A stretch of 64,000 bases of DNA from an uncultured Planctomycetota bacterium (GTDB taxonomy: Bacteria; Planctomycetota; Planctomycetia; Gemmatales; Gemmataceae), in the NCBI GenBank assembly GCA_963849325.1, contig CAWKHF010000003.1, positions 64,001 to 128,000 on the forward strand. Direction: 5' to 3'. The position numbers were made by a program, and so were the translations under genes. Below are positions 25,102-33,059 of this stretch, one piece after another. A model generated the notes under the pieces. It saw only the letters and a list, made by a program, of their open reading frames with translations, did not search any database and was not told where the DNA came from. Within the stretch, counting starts at the first letter, position 1. Each line of letters starts with the position of its first letter.

Positions 25102-26803
25102 CGGGAGTCACCTTGAGGATCGAGCGTCCCCCGTCTTGGCCTTCCGACAGGATCGTCTTTCCCATTGACTCCCGGAGTTCCAGATAGAAGCTCTCCACCT
25201 CCCTGGTCAGATCCCGGTCGTAGCCTGCGGTCGCAAACAGATCTTCGGCCGAACAACGCCCGCCGTTCCGCCTGAGCGCCGACGCGAGTTCCTGGTGGTC
25301 GCCGGCCTCCTCGTTCTCCTCCAATTCGTCCGCCGCCCGCTCCGCTCGCGGCGGCCGATCCTGCTTGGGAGGCGGGCCGAGTCGTGCGAGCATCGCTGCC
25401 GGTGATTCTTCGGTGGCCACCCGCTCGCTCAGGTCACCGCGGACCGCCGCCTCGTAGAATCTCCCGCCTCATGTCGTCCACGCCGCCGCGCGACGCCTCC
25501 ACCGTAGCCCGCTGTTCTCGGAGTTGCTTCAATTTATCCTGAGCAAGCCGCACCAGTTCATCCTGAATGCTACGGGGGGGCAGCGGGAAGGGGAGTTCAG
25601 AGAACCGCTTGAGCCCAAGCGTCGCGATGTTCGTTGACCACCGGGCGATCGACCGGAAGACGCCGGCCCTCAGGTAAAAACGGAACACGAGCAGCGCGAA
25701 CTCCGGGTTCGTCTCCGGGGACGCCCGGAAACGGATGAGGTGGTTCTGATAGCAGACGTTTGCAGGTTCGCCCCGGTACATGGCCGGTCTGCCGACGAGG
25801 GCAGGGCTTTGTCCGTCGTTGAGCAGCACGTCCCCTGCGGCGAGCCGGTAGACCTCCTGCTCCTTCGGGGTGAAGTTCATGCTCAACACTTCGGTCGCGT
25901 CGATCCGGTCTTCGAGTACGTTTGCGACCCGGAGTTAGGGGGTGAGGTACTCACCCTGCTCACGCTTCGGCTCTCTCGCCTTGCCCAGTTTTGCCTCACC
26001 CACCTCGCCCACGGTAGACCACGCCCAGGAATCCGGAATCGAGACCTGCGCCAAGGTCTCGATCTCCGTCTTCACCTGCTTTCGCGCCGACCCGCCCTCC
26101 GCACTCCCAACCGCTTCAGCCTCCACGCCCAACTGCCCGGTCACCGCGGCTTCGATGACCGTCGTCACCTGCTCCTCGATCCCCCGGAGCGCGGACGTCA
26201 GCGAGGATTCGGCCGCGGCGACACGCCCCAGCCGGTTGTTGGTTTCCGCAGCGATACGCGCCTGCTCCTCCATGCCTGGGACTGGCACTTCCATCTGGGC
26301 GAACCGCCGGCCCCCAGGTGTTGTATGCCCACGCCATGCGCCAAACGGGCGAATGCACCCGACAGCAGAAAATGGCGGAAGACGATCAGCGCGAAGTCAG
26401 GAAGTAGCGCGTGTGGTCGGAAACGGATCACGGTGTTCTGGAAGCAGCAGTCGGCAACCTCCTCGTTCCAGAGAGCGCTCTTGCCAACGTGTGCCGGGCT
26501 ACCCGAAGCCTCTCCCAGCAATACGTCGCCCCGCGCCAGCTGGAACGACGCCCTCTCCCACTCGGTGAGGTCCATCCGCAGAACCTCGGTCAGATCGAGG
26601 CCTGCCGTCGTGATGTTCGCCGCCCGGATGTAAGGCGTCGATGTGGTCCCCCGTCGCTTCGCCGCCGCCAGCTGTCTTCCGAGCTTGACGTTGCCCACGT
26701 CCGAGACACGAACCCATTTCCACTCGGGCGGGCTGGGCCAGCGTTCAACGGGAGCGGGAGGAGGGGTGCGCTCGTCTGGTTGCTTGGACTGCTGCTTCGT
26801 CAT
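25091..26803 (-). CDS. hsdS: Type I RM specificity subunit with C-terminal extension (several frameshifts)
   Basis: Two TRD-like units (PPEWKWVRV..PYIRAANI..CFQNTVIRFR; IPDSWAWSTV..CYQNHLIRFR), PLPPRSIQ and EEQARI conserved regions. Confidence 0.82.
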
Positions 26804-26855
26804 GCTACTGCGTTCTCCAACCCGGTGAAACCGCCCGCGGCATCCGCCGGCGGGA

Positions 26856-27100
26856 CTAAGCGCGCCGAGTCGTGCTGATGGTACAGCCAGCGGCGGGGTG
26901 CGGGACGAAACGGATCTCCAGGCCTCGGTTCAGGGCGGAGGCAACGCGCTCAGCATGGCGACCGAGTGTCCCTCGTAACGGGCATCTTCGAGCCGACAGA
27001 TGACCGAGGTGGTGGTGCCAACGAGGTCGGCAAGCTCTTTTTGCGTGAGGCCAGCCTCGGCCCGCAGCGTGTGGATGGATTGGGCGACCTCGGCGTTCAT
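26856..27100 (-). CDS. XRE-family HTH protein (possibly partial or frameshifted)
   Basis: LRAEAGLTQKELADLVGTTTSVICRLED. Confidence 0.7.
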
Positions 27101-27254
27101 CGCCTCTGGCGGCGCGGGCGCTGGAAGGCGTTTGTCATCGCCAGCATGGTGATCCCTGACCGACGCCCGTTCCACTTTCCTCGGCCTGCACAGCCCCCAA
27201 GACCAATAGAAGTGGGTAGTCGGGAACGCCCTTTAAACTCGCAGGCTATGACTT

Positions 27255-27272
27255 TTTCGCAAATTTGCGAAA
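27255..27272. promoter_or_regulatory. Perfect 18-bp palindrome, candidate operator
   Basis: TTTCGCAAA-TTTGCGAAA in an AT-rich stretch upstream of the HTH-hsdS run. Confidence 0.5.
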
Positions 27273-27712
27273 TCAGGTCAAGGCAAGGTGGGAAGAATCG
27301 AGGAAGTTCGGCCGACCCAGGTCCGGTTTTTCTCACGGTAGAGTTTTTGCGGCGCAAAACCGAAGCGCGACGTGGCATGCCAGCGGCTGAGGTGCCTTAA
27401 CCCCACCTCATGCGGATTGGCCTCCGGTAGACCAAGGGCTGACTCCGCGGGTAGGATACTCAGAGAAGGGTCTGAACTGGCTAGTCGGTCCGTGGTCAGA
27501 GAATGGCCTCTCCAGATTGCTGCCGCTTGTACTGTGGTACTGGATTTTGTACTGGATAAACGAAAAAGTACTGCATTTCCCGGCACTTCCTTGCAAGAGG
27601 ATGAGAGATCTTGCAACAGAACGCTTGCCAGGAGGCAATCCAGAAGTACAAGTGGGTTCAGCAGTTACGACGGCAAGTTGGCGTCTCCCAGCCAAGCTCG
27701 ACACGCTGGGTG

Positions 27713-28009
27713 TCACTCGCCTGCAGGGCCGGCAGCGCCGCGGGGCGGATACAATTCATCGACGTGGGACCGCAGCTCTTCACCGAGTGGTGGGACCAGT
27801 TCAAGCAGTTCCCCCGGCTGACAACGAAGGAACCGGCATAGTGCCTCGATGTACCGGCTGTTTGACACGATCCCAGGTCGCACCGAGGCGAGCGACGAGA
27901 GCACCGAGGTCGAGATGCCCGTTTGCTCGCTCACTTCTTTCCAGGTAATCTTCCGACCCTCGGCCTCTTCAAGGTCTCGAAGCCGCCGGACCAGGTGAAA
28001 GCGTATCAC
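27713..28009 (-). CDS. Cro/C1-type HTH regulator
   Basis: AAGGAGG RBS then GTG; ITWKEVSEQTGISTSVLSSLAS..IEALCRFLRCQPGELLE. Confidence 0.8.
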   Translation of the reverse strand: MIRFHLVRRLRDLEEAEGRKITWKEVSEQTGISTSVLSSLASVRPGIVSNSRYIEALCRFLRCQPGELLELVPPLGEELRSHVDELYPPRGAAGPAGE

Positions 28010-28489
28010 GCAACCTCCTTGCGGATTCCCGGGAAGATCGACCGTTGGACAGGCCAGCCAAGTCGGCATGATAATAATCCTTCCACAGACAATTTCTTGT
28101 GGGTGGAAGAAATTCCTAGTGACGGAAGGACTCCTCTCGTTTATCCTATTCTCCAACCACGCCCGTGGCGAGTCGTGCGGAGGGTATGTACCTGGCGCGC
28201 GGGGTTCTAAATTCGTAGTGCCTGAACCCGGGCTTCTTGTCCCGACTGTTGGCAGGCGTCTGCTGAATCCGGAACAACTGAAGGGTTGCCGCCTTCAGCC
28301 GGCAATTCACCAGGTTCAAGGGTGCCATTGCGCACCGGAACTGGTGAATTTCCATGAAGGCGGCAACCCTTCTTGCTGTCCCCACCGCGGGGCAGCGGCA
28401 CCCTGGCCGACCGCCCAGGGCCGTGACCGTGGACGTGACACTCGGCGACTCTTTGCCGGGGAATTCTATCCATCCACTCGCCTGCCTGA

Positions 28490-28897
28490 CAGCGGCCCAG
28501 CGCACCGAGGAACGACGGCACGCGCTCGCCCAGGTTAAGGAGCAGTCCGACCTCCGGCAGCGGCTGCAGGCGCTGTCCGCCGAGAGCGCACCGCTCGCGG
28601 CGGCAATGGCGAGAGCCCGTGAGTTCGTCGCCGGCTGGGCCACGGTCGCCCAGATCCTGGACGCCGCCGAGGAGGACGAGCTGCGGCTCCTGTTGCAGCA
28701 CTTCGTCGAGGTGATCGAGCTGGCCCACGAGTCGGCCGACGGCAAGACGGGCACCTACGCGCTGCGGCTTTTCCCGGAGGTGCGGCCGCTCGACCCGCCG
28801 CACGGGCCGGAAAACGAAGGCGGGCCACCCGACCCGACATCCGGGGGGCGGCCCGCGTTAACCGAGGCCGTCGAAACTTGTGGCGACCAGCAAAAAG
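28490..28897 (+). pseudogene. C-terminal remnant of a probable large serine recombinase reading into the tRNA 3' end
   Basis: Coiled-coil then ELRLLLQHFVEVIEL, resembling recombinase C-termini; frame continues antisense over the tRNA (KAPRVGLEPTT); no catalytic N-terminus. Confidence 0.5.
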
Positions 28898-28935
28898 CTC
28901 CCCGAGTAGGACTCGAACCTACAACAAACCGGTTA

Positions 28936-29599
28936 CGTTTGCCCCCATGTTTCCATGGGGAACGGACTATCTCATCACCCCAGAGGGGTGCAGGGCGCTC
29001 GAGGCTGGGTTATTGGATGGGCTCCTCACCAGCTAGTCTCTGCACCTTCCCGGCTACTGATTGCCCTTCGCCGGGCTTGGCTCAGGATTGCCGCCACCCA
29101 AAGTGCTGCGGGTTCCCTGCTAGGCCAACCGTTTCAATTCCTTGAGTAAACAAGGAATCTGCAGGTCTTCCTCCGTGGCGTGGTAAAACGTCACCGTACT
29201 GGCTTTGGCCAGGTATTGCTGAATCAGCAATAACTCCGACCTTTTCACCACAGAGTAGGGGAGGATGAGATCGCATAGAGCCAATCATGCCTGTTTTCGA
29301 TAGACGCGGATGCGATAAGAAGGCCGCGTCGATCTCGGCCTTGGAAGCGGGCCTTTCGTGGAGTAGGCGATGACGTTGTCCACGAGGATGGCAACGACCT
29401 TCCGGTGCATGGCTTCGCTAATACTCTCAATCGTCACACGGCAACTCATGCCGCGTTCCGAATCTCGATGCACCGTCACGCAGCCTTCGCCATCAATAAT
29501 TCCCGCCAGCCAGGCAATGTCGGCAATACCCATCTCCCCTGCCTAGTTTAATTCACCCTGTTTTCCACTGGCCATTGCTGACCAGCGCTGCGATTCTTC
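28936..29599 (-). ncRNA. Group I intron (664 nt) between tRNA positions 35 and 36
   Basis: P1 exon GCUGU with IGS GCAGC (U.G at the splice site); P2 with GCAA loop; P3 CAGGGUG/CGCCCUG; Q AAUCCUGAGC; R GCAGAGACUA; S GAGAUAGUCC; P8; P9 with GAAA loop; terminal G at 28936. Confidence 0.95.
29120..29533 (-). CDS. Single-motif LAGLIDADG homing endonuclease, 137 codons, with an in-frame TGA at 29285-29287
   Basis: IAWLAGIIDGEGCV motif; same frame continues past the TGA as LALCDLILPYSVVKRSE...LKRLA*; AGGGGAG immediately upstream. Confidence 0.88.
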
Positions 29600-29688
29600 A
29601 CAGCCGGTTGCTCTACCATTGAGCTATCGGGGAAAATCAGACGAGGGTGTTGGCCGGGCAGATCCCATCCACACGCTCGCCCGCATAT

Positions 29689-29717
29689 GTTCTAAAACAA
29701 CTCCCGCAACTTCGCAA
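29689..29717 (-). promoter_or_regulatory. Possible sigma-70 promoter of tRNA-Asn
   Basis: TTGCGA-17 nt-TAGAAC about 55 nt upstream of the tRNA. Confidence 0.4.
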
Positions 29718-29773
29718 GTCTATTTTCGTGAATTCACCGAGGCGAAGCAGCCAGAGGGAGGTGCGGGAGGATC

Positions 29774-31120
29774 ATGACGGTTCGGGTGACGGTCATCGGG
29801 GCGGGACTGGCGGGACTGGCGGCGGCGGCGGCGCTGGCGGAACGCGGCTTCGAGGTGACAATGCTCGAAGCGCGAAACCGAGCCGGCGGCCGGGCCAGCT
29901 CCTTCGCCGACGCCGCCAGCGGACAACTGATCGATACCTGCCAGCACGTCAGCATGGGCTGTTGCACCAACTTCGCCCATTTCTGCCGCACGGTCGGCAT
30001 CGCGCACCTGCTCCAGCCTCAACCCGCCCTCTGGTTCGTGACGCCGGATCGGCGCAGGAGCCGCCTTGCCGCTGGTCCTCTGCCGGCCCCGCTGCACCTG
30101 GCAGGCAGTTTCCTGCGCGGCCATTATCTCACCCTGGCCGAGAAGATGCGCATCGCCTGGGGCCTGGCCTGTCTGCGGCGCAGGCCGATCGAGGACGATC
30201 CGCCTTTCCTCGACTGGCTGACGCGCCATCGACAGACGCCGCGCACCGTGACCCGGTTCTGGGGACTCGTGCTGACCAGCGCGCTCAACGAGACGCCCGA
30301 ACGCATCGGCCTCCGCTACGCGCGCAAGGTCTTCCTCGACGGATTCCTGGGCCATCGCCGAGGCTACGAGGTCCAACTACCGCGCGTGCCGCTCGGCCGA
30401 CTTTACGGCGAGGAGCTGCAAGCCTGGCTCAACCGTCATGGCGTTCGTCTCCGCATGGAGTGCGGCGCACGGCGATTGCGGTTGAACTCGGGACGGATCG
30501 AGGGTGTCGAACTGCGAAACGGCGAGAGGACGGTCGCCGATTGGTATATCGCGGCGGTGCCGTTCGACCGCCTGCTCGACCTGTTGCCAGCAGAGTTGAT
30601 CGAACGGGAACCCTACTTCAAGAACCTGCGGCGGCTGGAGACCTCGCCCATAACGAGCGTCCATCTCTGGTACGATCGACCGATCACGCGGCTGCCGCAT
30701 GCCGTGCTGGTCGATTGCACCGGCCACTGGCTCTTCAACCGTGGCGAGGCGGCCCCCGGCGAGTATTACGTCCAGGTGGTCGTCAGTGCCGCCCGGCAGT
30801 TCCGCGGGATGGGACATGCGGAGGTGCAACGTCTGGTCGTCGAAGAACTGGCCCGGCTGTTTCCGAAGGCGGCGACGGCGACGTTGCGACGCGCGCGCGT
30901 GGTGACCGAGCATGCCGCCACGTTCAGCGCGGTGCCGGGCGTCGATCGGTGGCGTCCGACCCAGGCATCGCCCCTGCCCAACCTGTTCGTCGCCGGCGAT
31001 TGGACGGCAACGGGCTGGCCGGCGACGATGGAAGGGGCCGTCCGCAGCGGCTACCTCGCCGCCGAAGTCGTGCTTGAGCGTTGCGGTCGAAAAGAACGTC
31101 TGCTCCAGCCGGACCTCTAG
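29774..31120 (+). CDS. hpnE: Hydroxysqualene dehydroxylase (hopanoid pathway)
   Basis: GAGLAG FAD motif, IDTCQHVSMGCC, EHAATF, AGDWTATGWPATMEGAVRSG. Confidence 0.85.
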   Translation: MTVRVTVIGAGLAGLAAAAALAERGFEVTMLEARNRAGGRASSFADAASGQLIDTCQHVSMGCCTNFAHFCRTVGIAHLLQPQPALWFVTPDRRRSRLAAGPLPAPLHLAGSFLRGHYLTLAEKMRIAWGLACLRRRPIEDDPPFLDWLTRHRQTPRTVTRFWGLVLTSALNETPERIGLRYARKVFLDGFLGHRRGYEVQLPRVPLGRLYGEELQAWLNRHGVRLRMECGARRLRLNSGRIEGVELRNGERTVADWYIAAVPFDRLLDLLPAELIEREPYFKNLRRLETSPITSVHLWYDRPITRLPHAVLVDCTGHWLFNRGEAAPGEYYVQVVVSAARQFRGMGHAEVQRLVVEELARLFPKAATATLRRARVVTEHAATFSAVPGVDRWRPTQASPLPNLFVAGDWTATGWPATMEGAVRSGYLAAEVVLERCGRKERLLQPDL

Positions 31121-31147
31121 CTCGAACGAGGACCGCGGCCTCGGTGT

Positions 31148-32290
31148 TTACCCCTTCGTGACCGCGCGAAGCTGGGTCGAGGACAGGTCCACACGGAAGG
31201 CGCGGGCGGGGATGGACGTGAACAAGTCCCGATGCGCGGCGGGGATGTCCAACTCCTCCAGACCAACAAGCAAGCCCTCGGCATTGACCCGACCGGCCAC
31301 AAGGAAACGACAGCGGCCGCAGCGCAGGGCCTCGAGCGCCTCGATCATCCGGGCTTCGTTGTCGCCGTAGAAACGGGGCTGGACGATGCGGGCGGCGGTG
31401 TCGGCGCCGACGACGAACACGGCGCCGGGGAAAAGGCGCGCCTTCTCGGTGAAGGTCGGCGCCCGCGTCAACCACAGCGGCGCCCGCCAGGCGAAGGGAG
31501 ACAAACGCCGACGGACTTCCTCGTCGGCCAGCGGTGGCTTGTCCGCGTTGGCGATGCCCAGCTCGAAGGCGACCGGCGCGCCCGCGAGGGCCGAGGCCAC
31601 TCTCGCCAGGATACAATGACCATCGTGAAGGGGGTTGAATGAACCCGGCAGCAGCACCGTCGGCCGGGGACCGTCGCCACGCATCCGACCGTCTGCCTCT
31701 ATACATACGGCCGAGAGCCGGCCTGCCAGGAACGCGGCCAGGGCATCCTCGGCAGGCCATGTTTCCCGGACAACCTCTTCGCCGGGTAGCAGCGCGACCG
31801 GGACGCGCTCCGCAAGGTTAAATGCCTCGGCCATCGCGTTGAGCAGTACCCGGTCCAGGACCATCTCCTCGCCTTCCCGGTCGCGCGCCTCGCGCGTAAG
31901 CGTCAACGAATAGGTCGAGGTTTGCCGGTCGGTCTGAATGGCGAGATGGAAGCGATGATCGCCGCGCTTGGGTCGATCCGAGCGCAAGCTGGCGGTGCAA
32001 GCAACTCCGGCGACGGGAAGGGCCGGAGTCAGCCAGCGGGCGCGTTCGAGGGCACGACGCGCCATCAGGCGGGCCGTCGCGGCGGAGCAGAACGAATCGG
32101 GCCGGCGGCCGAGATAGTCGGCCAACGCCTGCTCGCTGTACGGCACCCCCACTTCGAGCACGGTGCGCGAGCCGCCCGGCACCGACAGCAGCCAGGAAGC
32201 GACACCGGCCCCGCCGCCGGTCACAGCCAGAACGTACCGATAAGGTTGGTCATGAAGACGGGCGATGAGACTGCGAACCGCGGGGTCCAT
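31148..32290 (-). CDS. CinA/PncC-like N-terminus fused to an HxGH nucleotidyltransferase-like domain
   Basis: LLSVPGGSRTV..YS N-terminus; GSFNPLHDGH, VVGADT, DLSST C-terminus. Confidence 0.65.
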   Translation of the reverse strand: MDPAVRSLIARLHDQPYRYVLAVTGGGAGVASWLLSVPGGSRTVLEVGVPYSEQALADYLGRRPDSFCSAATARLMARRALERARWLTPALPVAGVACTASLRSDRPKRGDHRFHLAIQTDRQTSTYSLTLTREARDREGEEMVLDRVLLNAMAEAFNLAERVPVALLPGEEVVRETWPAEDALAAFLAGRLSAVCIEADGRMRGDGPRPTVLLPGSFNPLHDGHCILARVASALAGAPVAFELGIANADKPPLADEEVRRRLSPFAWRAPLWLTRAPTFTEKARLFPGAVFVVGADTAARIVQPRFYGDNEARMIEALEALRCGRCRFLVAGRVNAEGLLVGLEELDIPAAHRDLFTSIPARAFRVDLSSTQLRAVTKG

Positions 32291-32296
32291 GACGGA

Positions 32297-33031
32297 TCAG
32301 GGGGCCAATAACTGCTGCTCGGCAGCGACGATTTTTTCCCACGCTTCATGGGGCGTCTCGGCGGCCCGCAGTTCATCGAGGAAGCCTGGTCGCAGGAACA
32401 GGCGGGTCAATCGGGCCAGCACGCGCAGGTGCGTCCGGTCGTCGCGGCAGCAGATGAGGAAGAAAAGGTCCGTGAGTCCCCCGTGCGGAGCGCCGAAGGG
32501 GATGCCCGAAACGGTGCGAGCGTAGGCCAGGACGGATTCGCCCAGGGCGGCGGGCAAGGGGCGGCGCGGGTGCGGGATGGCGACGCCGGACGGAAGGGCG
32601 GTGCTGGCCATTTCCTCGCGCTGGCGGACGGCGTCCAGGATCGCCTCCGGGTCGTAGACCTGCCACGACTGCTCGGCCAGCGTCACCAGCTCCTTGAGGA
32701 CCGAGGCGCGGGTGGAGGCGGCCAGCGGCACCGCCATGCTCGCCTCCGACAGCAAACCGGCCAGGAGCGGCTCGTCGCCGCCACGCGAACCGGACGATTC
32801 GAGGTTGGTCAACTCCTTCTCGGTCAGGGAGGGCATCTGCGTCTCGATCCAGTGATTGATCTCCGCCCGCGCGAACCGCCATTGACCGCCGACCTTGTGG
32901 CCGGGCAGATGACCGCGGCTGGCCAACTTACCCACTTCGCGCACGTCGCGCCGCAGGTAAGCGGCCAGCTGCTCCATGTCCATCATGTCACTCCCCACGA
33001 TCGACACCCCCTCCCGCGGCACGGTCGCCAT
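32297..33031 (-). CDS. PTS IIA (Ntr-like) domain protein with N-terminal excisionase-type HTH
   Basis: LPGHKVGGQWRF; REEMASTALPSGVAIPH. Confidence 0.85.
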   Translation of the reverse strand: MATVPREGVSIVGSDMMDMEQLAAYLRRDVREVGKLASRGHLPGHKVGGQWRFARAEINHWIETQMPSLTEKELTNLESSGSRGGDEPLLAGLLSEASMAVPLAASTRASVLKELVTLAEQSWQVYDPEAILDAVRQREEMASTALPSGVAIPHPRRPLPAALGESVLAYARTVSGIPFGAPHGGLTDLFFLICCRDDRTHLRVLARLTRLFLRPGFLDELRAAETPHEAWEKIVAAEQQLLAP

Positions 33032-33059
33032 GGCTCTCTCTTCTACTCTCTCGTGCAAG

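Larger units (their letters stand above)
28898..29633 (-). tRNA. tRNA-Asn(GTT), intron-split; exons 29600-29633 and 28898-28935
   Basis: Joined exons TCCCCGATAGCTCAATGGTAGAGCAACCGGCTGT^TAACCGGTTTGTTGTAGGTTCGAGTCCTACTCGGGGAG form a full cloverleaf: 7-bp acceptor, ACCGG/CCGGT anticodon stem, GTTCGA T-loop, G73; CCA not encoded. Confidence 0.96.

Noticed and set aside
28354-29145. 263-aa ORF as an intact gene
   Set aside because: Its last third is antisense read-through of the tRNA exon and intron core; only ~28490-28897 looks coding.
29285-29287. TGA recoded as Trp or Gly (alternative genetic code)
   Set aside because: Many genes in the window end in TGA and the ORF uses TGG for Trp; a single TGA is better explained by mutation or error.
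29112-29553. Endonuclease cassette as an archaeal-type bulge-helix-bulge intron
   Set aside because: With AAA as the bulge and CTAGGC/GCCTAG as the intron helix, the central 4-bp helix would need AATT to pair with CAGG, which it cannot.
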